Counted from the first letter of the stretch, positions 10,125-19,328 are shown. The stretch is 64,000 bases of DNA from Spirochaetia bacterium (GCA_965225855.1 CBDDCK010000005.1:1280001-1344000), one strand, 5' to 3'. The notes: a model not told the origin generated them from the sequence alone. Numbers and translations are program-made.

Positions 10125-10840
10125 AAGTTAGTGTCCACAAGGTCAGTCGCAGTAGTTTAGAAGAAAATTGTATCCAAACTCAAAACGGTAGTTTTAGCTG
10201 CGAGACCCAAGATTTACAGCCCTATGGTTTACAGCGTCATCTACCTACAGAATCTATGGCGGTGGTATTGCAATCTGATAACCAAAGCAGACGCTCTGGT
10301 ATTTTGGGCTATATCGAAAAACTGTATGAATTGAAAGAGGGCGAGGTGTTGTTGTACAGTGAGCACGGCCAAGTATTGTACTACAAAGACGATGGCAGTT
10401 TGCATTTAGAGGCTGCGGGCAAGCTTTCTCTACACAGCGATGAAGAAGACCTTTATAGCCTACTAAAAGACCTGTTAACGGCCATTAAAGGTTTGACCAC
10501 CGCAAAAATTGATACCGAAGTAAACGGGGGTTCAGTAGCTGTTCCGGGAGGCAGTAGTACGGTTGCTAAAGCAGAGGGAACCAACCCGGGAGTTGGGCTT
10601 TCGCAAAATAGCAGCCAAAAGTTAGACGAGATAGCCCAAAGGCTGGACAAATTATTACAAAAAGGCAAGAAGCCCGAAAGTGCCCAAAAGCAACAAGAGC
10701 AACAACAAAAACGAGAACAACAACAACAGAAGGTAGCACAAAATACCGAAGAGCAACAACAAAGCCAAAAAGACAAAGGCAAACAGGACAAAGCAAATAA
10801 AATTGGGGTATTTGAATTAGAGCTAGGAGCGCCTACATGA
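10121..10840 (+). CDS. Mu gp45-like baseplate spike with Q/K-rich C-terminal extension
   Basis: QPYGL...P...AVV, LKEGEV.LYS.HG; extension after LDKLLQ. Confidence 0.75.
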   Translation: MKVSVHKVSRSSLEENCIQTQNGSFSCETQDLQPYGLQRHLPTESMAVVLQSDNQSRRSGILGYIEKLYELKEGEVLLYSEHGQVLYYKDDGSLHLEAAGKLSLHSDEEDLYSLLKDLLTAIKGLTTAKIDTEVNGGSVAVPGGSSTVAKAEGTNPGVGLSQNSSQKLDEIAQRLDKLLQKGKKPESAQKQQEQQQKREQQQQKVAQNTEEQQQSQKDKGKQDKANKIGVFELELGAPT

Positions 10841-11787
10841 ATATACAAACTGGCAAAATACAAACCGATATAACCGATACCAAACTACAGCAATTGGTTA
10901 TGCAAACTTTGTTATCAGAAACAGAAACCAATTTTCGGCCAGAACTAAAAACTTTGCTAGAATCTGGGGCAGTAATACAAGGCATTATTAATGCAGAAGC
11001 GATGTTTTGGGAGCTGAACGATGATATGCCTTCGATTCCCGATGCTTGGGGGCGGGCTTTGTTTGCTATGGCTCTGCCCGTTCGTGGTATTGTGGAAATG
11101 GATAAAGTGGGCTGGATCGCCGCGGCTGGAGCGGCTGGAGTTAGTGCTGGAGTTAGTGCTGGAGTTAGTGCTGTTGCGGCAAAGTTTGGCCTAGCTCTGA
11201 CACTAGGTGTTCCAACAGGCTGGGTTGCATTGGCTTCAGCAGGGATTGGCATACTATTGGTTGAAGGGCTTTATGGTGGAATAGGGGCATTTTCCCCTAA
11301 TTTCAATAGCACAGTAGGACGGGGTCAGATAGGTCAAGCAAATTGGGACGAAGCCATACAAGATTATGGCTCTTATTTCTCTACATATTTAGATAAGGTT
11401 GTGCAGGCCATCGAGCTAAAAAAACAAATGAAGAAACAAATTGAGACATACAAGCTCAATGACCTAAGCGTAAAGTACAATCCAATGGATAAGAAAAACG
11501 TTAAAGTCTTAGAAAACTTTATGATTGGTGCTGTATTGCTAATGAAAACAAAACGGGCAGCCGAGCGCATAGCAGAAGGGCGCAGTGCTGAAGATGCCCT
11601 AAAGTATGGCATTGCGGCTTATCATGGTGTAGATATGAACGATGTAAACAAAAAGTTGGGGCGGGCAGGAGCTTTGACATTTCCAAGCGAAGCCGAATTT
11701 GCCAGCCTAGGAACAAAACGCAAACAGCATTATGACTACATTAATGAGGCGTTTACTTATGCTAAGTCTCGACTAAGCCCACACTAG
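10837..11787 (+). CDS. hypothetical protein, possible lytic transglycosylase (SLT-like) with Gly/Ala hydrophobic insert
   Basis: GIINAE, STVGRGQIG, NFMIGAVLL and IAAYHG in SLT motif order; GCTGGAGTTAGT x3. Confidence 0.45.
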   Translation: MNIQTGKIQTDITDTKLQQLVMQTLLSETETNFRPELKTLLESGAVIQGIINAEAMFWELNDDMPSIPDAWGRALFAMALPVRGIVEMDKVGWIAAAGAAGVSAGVSAGVSAVAAKFGLALTLGVPTGWVALASAGIGILLVEGLYGGIGAFSPNFNSTVGRGQIGQANWDEAIQDYGSYFSTYLDKVVQAIELKKQMKKQIETYKLNDLSVKYNPMDKKNVKVLENFMIGAVLLMKTKRAAERIAEGRSAEDALKYGIAAYHGVDMNDVNKKLGRAGALTFPSEAEFASLGTKRKQHYDYINEAFTYAKSRLSPH

Positions 11788-12011
11788 CCCAACAAGCCGA
11801 AATAGCCATACAAACGCAATTGGGCAATTGGTTTGCCGATGAGAATTTAGGCAGTGAATTACACCAAGCCAACCAATTAAAGAAAACCCGAGAAAACTAC
11901 CTAAAGCTGCGCCAAAGCCTATTAAAGGCCGTAGCGCATTTACCGGTAGAAGTAGAGACTTGGCAGGAAAATAGCGAGTTTCAATATAGAATAACCGAGG
12001 TAAGCCAATGA
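11784..12011 (+). pseudogene. Mu gp46-like baseplate protein lacking its N-terminus
   Basis: LAQQAEIAIQTQLGNWFADENLGSELHQ..LKKT; in-frame stop at 11763, no ATG. Confidence 0.6.
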
Positions 12012-12931
12012 ACTTCCCCACATTAGAGACTTTAGAACAGCGCAACCTAGCGCAAATAAAAACCCAATTCCCCGATTTAGAGAGTGAAGGCAAAGGCATT
12101 TTGGAAGTGATGGCACGAATGCACGCCAGCGCAATGCACTTGGACTTATGGTATGATCGACTACCATGCGCAGCAATTGTTTCCACAAACGGCCACGGGC
12201 AAGTTTTTGGACAATTTACTCACATGGCGGCCTTTGCTGCGCATGGTAGCTAAAAAGGCCAAAGGCACGGCTACTGTGGCGGGCAGTTTGGGCTCTGTTA
12301 TTCCAAAGGATAGCGTAATTAGCGCTGACAACGGCCAGCGATATAGTATCTTACAAGAAACTACTTTGAGTGCCCCAAATCAAATAATACAGGTGCAGGC
12401 CAAAGAGCCCGGAGCGGCCGGCAATGCAACCAATGAAAAAGCCAAATGGGAATCATCAATTAGCGGTATGTCGACCAAAGTTTTGGTTAGCGCCACAGGT
12501 GGCAGCAATAGCGAAAGCGATATTAGACCAAGTTACAAAGCAATATAATAACAATAGGTAACACGACATTATACCAATTGGTAAAGCAATATTAAACCAA
12601 GTTAGAAATTGATGTTAGAGCAAGGCGGATTAAGTCCATTATCCAGTTTAGAAAGGTATATGTTACCAAGGCGGAACACGGCCTTACACCAATGTGGAAA
12701 GATATATTGTAGCAAGCTAAAAGAAGCCTTTATTCCAGTATGGAAAGATATATTGTAACAAGTTGGATCAATAGATTGATCCAATGCGGAAAGCTGTATT
12801 ATAGCAAGGCTGATCAATAGATTGATCCAATGCGGAAAGCTATATTATAGCAATTGACATTACAAGCCACAGCTAGTAAAAGCAGCACCCAGCGCGAAAT
12901 CTTAACATTAGGAGCAATAACATGGGCTTAG
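12008..12931 (+). pseudogene. baseplate J / Mu gp47, frameshifted with middle replaced by a repeat array
   Basis: MNFPTLETL..., frameshift near 12145, QQLFPQTATGKFLD...EPGAAGN...GGSNSESD, then the array, then C-terminal EILTLGAITWA*. Confidence 0.8.
12505..12859. repeat. 23-bp phased degenerate tandem array (14 full units, 12528-12849)
   Basis: Units such as CCAATGCGGAAAGCTATATTATA and GCAAGGCTGATCAATAGATTGAT in exact 23-bp register. Confidence 0.85.
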
Positions 12932-13569
12932 ATGTGGCCAAACTTTTGGGTAGACATAGTGTAGCACAATACCGTGCTGCATTGCTAGCGTTATTGCCAC
13001 AAGGTAATCTTTGGCAAGATGAAAAGCAAGATAGCAACGGCCAGATATACCGCCTTTGCGAAGTTTGGGCACAAGAATACGCTAAGCTAGAGGATATTCT
13101 GTATAGTTTGCATGCCCAAACATCGCCACTAACAGCCAAAGAAATACAGCCTTGGGCACTAGCTACCGGTATCAGTTTGCTAGAAAGCAGGCAATTAGCG
13201 CAGCGAATAAAAATCTTAGTAACGTTGATAGGCAGCCAAGCTAGTACACAAGAGGGAATCACAGGTATAGGGAAAATGTTGGGTTATACACTCAAATTAG
13301 AGCGCAACAACAATACCAAAGCACAACAAAGAATCAAATTGCATTCGGCAAGTATGGGGTTTAAAGCGTTAAGCAGCGAAATTGCCACAGAAAAAGTAGC
13401 TAACTTAGGCCGTGTGCGTTGTGGCAAAAGGCTTTGGCCAAATCAATCGGCCATACATACCACAATAGCCGAAATGCCAAAGCACCAAAATATAAGAGCA
13501 GAAGTAAAACTACTAGAGGACTTGCTGCCAGCGCAGTGGAATATAGATACTCGTTATGAATCGTTATGA
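12922..13569 (+). CDS. Mu gp48 / YmfQ-like baseplate protein
   Basis: QYRAALLALLPQGNLW, P.TAKEI..W; true start may be GTG 12934. Confidence 0.75.
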   Translation: MGLDVAKLLGRHSVAQYRAALLALLPQGNLWQDEKQDSNGQIYRLCEVWAQEYAKLEDILYSLHAQTSPLTAKEIQPWALATGISLLESRQLAQRIKILVTLIGSQASTQEGITGIGKMLGYTLKLERNNNTKAQQRIKLHSASMGFKALSSEIATEKVANLGRVRCGKRLWPNQSAIHTTIAEMPKHQNIRAEVKLLEDLLPAQWNIDTRYESL

Positions 13570-13766
13570 ATCGGTTGATTCAAAAGGGCAACCAGTTGCC
13601 CTTTTGAAATGTTGTACCGGCACAACATTTGGTGGCAAGATAACAACAATTGCAAATTGTGTCAAGTGGTACTTCAAGTAGCTATTGGGTAAAATACCCA
13701 TTCTGGAAAGTAGAAAAAAATCGAGTTATCACGTCCGATGGCACAAAGTTATCGCGTCCTGCATCA
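13418..13766 (+). repeat. prophage right-end segment, duplicated inverted at 20912-21228
   Basis: Near-identical alignment read directly; both copies end at CATCA/TGATG. Confidence 0.9.
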
Positions 13767-13989
13767 GATTGGTAAGGGCTTTAATGTTGATGCAAGCTGG
13801 AAAAATACGCCGCATTCTGTGGGCGATATAAAGCTCAATTAGATTAATTTTTGATGGGGCTACAGTAGCGGCGTAGTCTTTACAACAAGCACCACTGCAG
13901 GGTGTTATCAAAATATGGGCTACTTGAAGCCATTACTCGCCATTCACCCCTTACCCCCGCATTATTTTTTATATTTAATGAAGGTACCT

Positions 13990-14333
13990 GGTGGATAGAT
14001 GGCAGGTGGAGCGTAACTCCTAAAACTGCGAAAAACTTTTAGTTGCCAAAAAAGAAGAAGAGTTTGAACTCAGTGCTCCTGAGTTCGAAGAATTGGCATT
14101 GGCTGCGTAGCAGTCACGGGCTTTGGGAACTTTGCTTCAAGTTCTCGGTAGCTTGTTAGATTATGAAGCTTGCTGTTGTGTATCGCATTGTGACACACCG
14201 GGACTCTTAGCAATGCTGGTAGTAATGAAGCACGTTGGCTTGCCTTTATTGCTATGAGATTTGACAGCTGACTAAACCTGTAGAAGTTTATCTGTCTCCC
14301 TTTGGGACGCGGGTTCGATTCCCGCCACCTCCA
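13990..14333 (+). ncRNA. ssrA: tmRNA, apparently 5'-truncated
   Basis: 3' GACGCGGGTTCGATTCCCGCCACCTCCA; tag AKKEEEFELSAPEFEELALAA* at 14045-14110; no GGGGGTG...TTCGAC 5' strand found. Confidence 0.85.
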
Positions 14334-14436
14334 TAATATAGAGGTTTCGGTTGTTCTACCGAGCCTATCCAGCCCATCTTTTGTTTATTCTTCCCATCTT
14401 GTGCTTCATCTTAGATTCCTCCGTCAAAGGAAATGT

Positions 14437-15180
14437 ATGCATGGGATTTTTATTACAGCAACCAACACAAATAGAGGAAAGACTCTAATTACAGCCGCCC
14501 TACGATTATGGTTGCAACAGCAAGGCCAAAACTGCCTAGCCATGAAGCCGGTACAAACCGGCATGGAACAACACCAAGTAAGTCCTGATCTATATAGCAT
14601 TTATGCTTTGGACTACCCAAACCCAAATCAACAACAAGTATATCAAGACTTGAAACCACTATTACCATTATTGCAACCATACTGCTATAGTCAACCTTGC
14701 TCACCTCACCTAGCAGCAGAAATTGACCATTTACCCAGCCCGGATATTGGCCATATACAAGATTGTGCGCAATCTTTAGTACAACAGAAACATTGTGATA
14801 TATTGCTAATAGAAGGTGCTGGAGGTTTATATGTTCCTCTCGATCGCAAAGCAAAAACAAATATGGCCAATCTAGCGAAAAGATTGGGCTTGCCCATATT
14901 GCTCGTGGCCCAAAGTGGCTTAGGTGCCATTAACGATACTTGTTTGAGTTTGACGGCTCTTAAACAAGTAGGGTTGCCTATTATTGGTTTTCTATTAAAC
15001 GATTTATCTTCAGAAGCGGGCCCGGAATATATCCGTGCCGATAACCCTAAAATTATTGAACAACTCACTGGCATAACCTACTTGGGTACCTTACCATACC
15101 TAGCAAACCCTAAAGACAAAAGCCAAATGCTAAACGCATTCCAAAACCTTAGCGGTTTAGAACAATTTTTGATCGGTTAG
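14437..15180 (+). CDS. bioD: dethiobiotin synthase
   Basis: IFITATNTNRGKT, MKPVQTG, SPHLAA, IEGAGG, GLGAIND; start moved to ATG 14437 (the called ORF overlaps tmRNA). Confidence 0.92.
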   Translation: MHGIFITATNTNRGKTLITAALRLWLQQQGQNCLAMKPVQTGMEQHQVSPDLYSIYALDYPNPNQQQVYQDLKPLLPLLQPYCYSQPCSPHLAAEIDHLPSPDIGHIQDCAQSLVQQKHCDILLIEGAGGLYVPLDRKAKTNMANLAKRLGLPILLVAQSGLGAINDTCLSLTALKQVGLPIIGFLLNDLSSEAGPEYIRADNPKIIEQLTGITYLGTLPYLANPKDKSQMLNAFQNLSGLEQFLIG

Positions 15181-15360
15181 CTCGATTGCTAGCGAGGGTA
15201 ATCTGCTGATATTTCTTTTAACCCCAAGCACCACCCCACCCCCCAAACCAACAAACCCAAAGCAACCACCCCAAAGCAACCACCCCAAAGCAACAAGCCG
15301 AAATAGCCATACAAACGCAATTGGGCAATTGGTTTGCCGATGAGAATCTACAAGTCATCG

Positions 15361-15597
15361 CCTGTCTTGCTACAATATAGCTTTCCGCATTGGTATAAAG
15401 TATTGTTCCGCCTTGGATCAAGGTCTTGTTCCGCATTGGTGCAATATAGCTTTCCGCATTGGTATAAAGTATTGTTCCGCATTGGAGTAATGCCTTACTC
15501 CGCATTGGTGCAATATAACTTTCCCACTTCGATCAAGGCCTTGATCCGCATTGGAGTAAGGTATTGATCGAAGGCGGAGAGATGTATCATAGCAAGG
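15361..15597. repeat. 23-bp phased array, same family as 12505-12859, mostly inverted
   Basis: 8 units mostly ending TCCGCATTGG (15371-15554), then the orientation flips; palindromic linkers such as ATCAAGGCCTTGAT. Confidence 0.85.
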
Positions 15598-15614
15598 CAC
15601 TAAAAACCATAAAA

Positions 15615-15755
15615 ATAAGCAGGCCATAGACTTGCTAAAACCCAACAACATCGTAGAAAGCCAAAACTGGGACGACCTCAAATAGGGCCAGTATGCCGAT
15701 GCTTTGACCTTAGCCCACAGCGTCAATGCTGGCATTTTAGACGACTTGCACAATA
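15615..15755 (+). pseudogene. fragment of Mu gpF-like head morphogenesis gene
   Basis: KQAIDLLK...SQNWDDLK*GQYADALTLAHSVNAGILDDL resembles the gpF N-terminus (W.D....HA.AFTVA). Confidence 0.6.
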
Positions 15756-15876
15756 TCTGGCTATATATTGCGGGCCGATGACCCCAACTGCGATATATTG
15801 ATACCGCCCAATGGTTGGCATGGTTGGGTTGGCACGGTTGGCATGGTTGGCGTTGTGCTTGCTATCGCATAGCCTT

Positions 15877-16065
15877 AAGCCTTTTGATTGGCATGGATTT
15901 TGAACCACCTTACAACACTAACACACAAAAAAAGTGCCCAAACATAAAAAAACTTACAAAAAGCTTGTATAGGCCTTGACGCAACACCCCCCCTAGCAAA
16001 ATGGGGATTTACAGACTAGCCCGTATGGGTTGGTTAATCTTTATCCATTGTTGGAGGTATTGCTT
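15877..16065 (+). promoter_or_regulatory. conserved lipoprotein leader/promoter (copy 1)
   Basis: Shared with 23326-23550, 42173-42375 and 57358-57572; TTGACG-caaca-C7-tagCAAAAT; RBS GGAGGT. Confidence 0.7.
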
Positions 16066-18813
16066 ATGTATAAGCTCAAACTACTTTTATTGCCAGTAGC
16101 CTGGCTACTGGCCTTTATGGCCTTGGCCTGCGCCCCACCCGATGACGATGATCGATCTTCTGGGCCGTCTAAGCCGACTATCAATAACGCCATCTACGAC
16201 TTTGCTACGGCGCTGTTAACCGTACAAGGTACTGACTTAAGTCCTACAGAAGCCCAAATCCAAACCATCGTAGTAGATGGCGTAGCCTTAAGTTCCTATA
16301 CTGCAGATGCCAAACCCACTGGGCCAGATAATAGCAATCTGGCAAAAGGTAAGTACCGTATGAAAAGCGATGGCACAGCGATTTGGCTTAGACTTACCGA
16401 TCCACATAAAGCTGCTCTTCAGACCAAGGTGGGTATGAATACCAATGGTCTAAAAAAAGGGTTGCTTACTAGCTCTGGTGCTTGGGCGGGTTTAAATACA
16501 GCCAAAGACTTAACCGTTAGGAATGTACCCGATAAGCAGTCTAAAGTATCCGATGACAATCAGCCATCTAAGCAAACTGAAGACGAACAAGCTGAACAAG
16601 TCGAACAAGCTGAAGAGCAGTCGCCTGAAGCTGCAATTACCCGTGCAAGCTACCATGTTGGCACGGCGCTGCTAACTGTACAAGGTTCTAACTTAAGTCC
16701 TACAACTGCGACCCAAGCCCAAATCCAAACCATCAAAGTATATGACCTAGTCTTAAATTCTTATACTGCAGATGGCACAGCCACTGGGGCAGATAGTAGC
16801 AGTCTTGCAAAAGGTAAGTACCGTATTAAAAGCGATGGCACAGCGCTTTGGCTTTACCTTACCGATCGACATAAAACTACTCTGAATGGCAAGACAGGTA
16901 TGGATACCAATGGTCTAAAAGATGGGTTGCTTACTAGCACTGGTAGTTGGGCGGGTTTAAATACAGCCAAAGACTTAACCGTTAGTGGAAACCCCGAAAT
17001 TACCGGTGCAAGCTACCATGTTGGCACGGCTATCTTAACTGTACAAGGTTCTAACTTAAGTCCTACAGAAGCGCAAATCCAAACTATCGTGGTAGATGGC
17101 GTAGCTTTAGATTCCTATACTGCAGATGCCACAGCCACTGGGGCAGATAGTAGCAGTCTTGCAAAAGGTAAGTACCGTATTAAAAGCGATGGCACAGCCA
17201 TTTGGCTTTACCTTACCGATCGACATAAAACTACTCTGAATGGCAAGACAGGTATGGATACCAATGGTAGAAAAGTCGGGTTGCTTAGCGTTGGCACTGG
17301 TAGTTGGGCGGGTTTAAATACAGCCAAAGACTTAACCGTTAGTGGACACCCCGAAATTACCGGTGCAAGCTACCATGTTGGCACGGCTATCTTAACTGTA
17401 CAAGGTTCTAACTTAAGTCCTACAGAAGCGCAAATCCAAACCATCGTGGTAGATGGCGTAGCTTTAGATTCCTATACTGCAGATACCACAGCCACTGGGG
17501 CAGATAGTAGCAGTCTTGCAAAAGGTAAGTACCGTATTAAAAGCGATGGCACAAAGATTTGGCTTTACCTTACCGATCGACATAAAACTACTCTGAATGG
17601 CAAGACAGGTATGGATAGCAATGGTCTAAAAGATGGGTTGCTTACTAGCACTGGTACTTGGGCGGGTTTAAATACAGCCAAAGGCTTGGCCGTTAGTGGT
17701 AACCCCGCAATTACCGGTGCAAGCTACAATGTTGACACGGCGCTGTTAACTTTACAAGGTTCTAACTTAAGTCCTACCAGTGCGACCCAAGCCCAAATCC
17801 AAACCATCGTGGTAGCTGGCCTAGCCTTAGATTCCTATACTGCAGATTATGCCAAACCCACTGGTGAAAATATTCATTATTTATTAGAAAAAGGTAAGTA
17901 CCGCCTGCATAGCGCTGGCACAGCGCTTTGGCTGAAACTTACCGATCGACATAAAGCTACTCTGAATGGCAAGGACGGTATGGATAGCAATGGTCTAAAA
18001 GATGGGTTGCTTACTAGCACTGGCACTTGGGCGGGTTTAGATACAGCCAAAGCCTTGGCCGTTAGTGGTAACCCTGAAACTGCAATTACCCGTGCAAGCT
18101 ACAATGTTGGCACGGCGCTGTTAACTTTACAAGGTACTCTCTTAGCTAGTGCGACCCAACTGCAAATCCAAACTATCACGGTAGCTGGGGTAGCTTTAGA
18201 TTCCTATACTGCAGATGGTACAGCCACTGGGGCAGATAGTAGCAGTCTTGCAAAAGGTAAGTACCGCCTGCATAGCGCTGGCACAGCGCTTTGGCTTTAC
18301 CTTACCGATGACGATAAAGATGCTCTGAATGGCAAGACAGGTATGGATAGCAATGGTCTAAAAGATGGGTTGCTTAGCGTTGGCACTGGTACTTGGGCGG
18401 GTTTAAATACAGCCAAAGACTTGGCCGTTAGTGGTAACCCCGCCGCAATAGGCGATAGAAGTGAATACACACCTGCCTTGGGTTATTTAGAATTACAAGG
18501 TTCTAACTTATATGGTACTACCCAAGCCCAAATCCAAACCATCACGGTAGCTGGCGTACCCTTAGATTCCTATACTGCAGATGGCACAGCCACTGGTGAA
18601 AATGGTTATAATTTAATCAGTGGTAAGTACCGCATTAAAAACGATGGCACAAAGATTTGGATTCAACTTACCGGTGCCGATACAAATGCTATTAACGCCA
18701 AGCCTGATATGAATACGCCTGGTAAACAAGACGATAAGCTTAGCGTTGGCACTGGTGCTTGGGCGGGTTTAGATACACCGAAAGACTTGACCATCGATGA
18801 TTTTAGCCCATAA
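16066..18813 (+). CDS. repeat surface lipoprotein, paralog 1 (7 type-A ~118-aa repeats)
   Basis: Signal MYKLKLLLLPVAWLLAFMALA-C; tandem repeats; acidic linker. Confidence 0.85.
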   Translation: MYKLKLLLLPVAWLLAFMALACAPPDDDDRSSGPSKPTINNAIYDFATALLTVQGTDLSPTEAQIQTIVVDGVALSSYTADAKPTGPDNSNLAKGKYRMKSDGTAIWLRLTDPHKAALQTKVGMNTNGLKKGLLTSSGAWAGLNTAKDLTVRNVPDKQSKVSDDNQPSKQTEDEQAEQVEQAEEQSPEAAITRASYHVGTALLTVQGSNLSPTTATQAQIQTIKVYDLVLNSYTADGTATGADSSSLAKGKYRIKSDGTALWLYLTDRHKTTLNGKTGMDTNGLKDGLLTSTGSWAGLNTAKDLTVSGNPEITGASYHVGTAILTVQGSNLSPTEAQIQTIVVDGVALDSYTADATATGADSSSLAKGKYRIKSDGTAIWLYLTDRHKTTLNGKTGMDTNGRKVGLLSVGTGSWAGLNTAKDLTVSGHPEITGASYHVGTAILTVQGSNLSPTEAQIQTIVVDGVALDSYTADTTATGADSSSLAKGKYRIKSDGTKIWLYLTDRHKTTLNGKTGMDSNGLKDGLLTSTGTWAGLNTAKGLAVSGNPAITGASYNVDTALLTLQGSNLSPTSATQAQIQTIVVAGLALDSYTADYAKPTGENIHYLLEKGKYRLHSAGTALWLKLTDRHKATLNGKDGMDSNGLKDGLLTSTGTWAGLDTAKALAVSGNPETAITRASYNVGTALLTLQGTLLASATQLQIQTITVAGVALDSYTADGTATGADSSSLAKGKYRLHSAGTALWLYLTDDDKDALNGKTGMDSNGLKDGLLSVGTGTWAGLNTAKDLAVSGNPAAIGDRSEYTPALGYLELQGSNLYGTTQAQIQTITVAGVPLDSYTADGTATGENGYNLISGKYRIKNDGTKIWIQLTGADTNAINAKPDMNTPGKQDDKLSVGTGAWAGLDTPKDLTIDDFSP

Positions 18814-18825
18814 GTACATGCGGTA

Positions 18826-18960
18826 AGCAATGCTTGGTTGTTGCAGCCTTGGTAAGTTTTTTAGCAAGGTTGCTTTTACCAATTGTATCCTTGGTATGGA
18901 GAAAATACCAAGGCTATAAAAAATTTATTAAGGCTGTAAACTTTTTTTAGTAATAGCTTT
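18826..18960. repeat. palindromic CCAAGGCT/AGCCTTGG satellite downstream of lipoprotein gene
   Basis: Related to 21405-21490, 39683-39965 and 55335-55445. Confidence 0.7.
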
Positions 18961-19020
18961 GCACAAAAGCTTTGAACAAACCCCTTACAATAATTATTAC
19001 CAGAACGTTGCCATAACAAT

Positions 19021-19110
19021 TAAGAGAGTCTCTTAATGCCCAACAAGAGAGCCTCTTAATGCCTAATAAGAGATTCTCTTAATAAGAGACCTTCTTAATA
19101 ACTAACAAGA
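19021..19110. repeat. 23-bp period palindromic repeat (AAGAGAGTCTCTT family)
   Basis: TAAGAGAGTCTCTTAATGCCCAA CAAGAGAGCCTCTTAATGCCTAA TAAGAGATTCTCTTA... Confidence 0.75.
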
Positions 19111-19328
19111 ATTTTTTGTAACAAGATAAACTTTGGCCAAGTCTTGCTTGCCTTTTGGGTGGGGCAAAAACTTGGCTTTATTTTAAATTACCATTAATGA
19201 ACTAATCCAATGGACAATTTAAGATGAGGTAAAAGAGATTCTAAGACAGTTGAGCCTATCTCAAGCCGAGACTCAAAAAAGGTTATGATAAGAGCTTTTG
19301 CTATTAAAAATGGCATTAGCAGTAATCT

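Larger units (their letters stand above)
1..13766 (+). mobile_element. Mu-like (transposable myovirus) prophage, right half, defective
   Basis: Mu-order late genes (capsid, gp36, gpG, sheath, tube, TAC, tape measure, gpN, gpP, gp45-48). Ends ...GTCCTGCATCA at 13766; the inverted copy at 20912 stops at the same base. Several frameshifts and deletions. Confidence 0.9.

Noticed and set aside
1..13766. Domesticated tailocin / contractile injection system
   Set aside because: Capsid genes are present, while tape measure and baseplate are broken, which fits decay better.
13767..13960. Coding remnant between phage end and tmRNA
   Set aside because: No family recognisable by eye in any frame.
14304..14333. 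tRNA gene
   Set aside because: Only a T-arm and acceptor strand; the upstream tag ORF identifies tmRNA.
14302..14436. N-terminal extension of BioD
   Set aside because: Overlaps the tmRNA 3' end; homology starts at ATG 14437.
15218..15567. ORFs over the 23-bp array as 23-aa leucine-rich repeat proteins
   Set aside because: Translations lack LRR consensus and RBS; periodicity is at the DNA level.
12528..15597. 23-bp arrays as CRISPR
   Set aside because: The core is only ~10 bp and degenerate, the 13-bp intervening parts recur, and there are no cas genes in the window.
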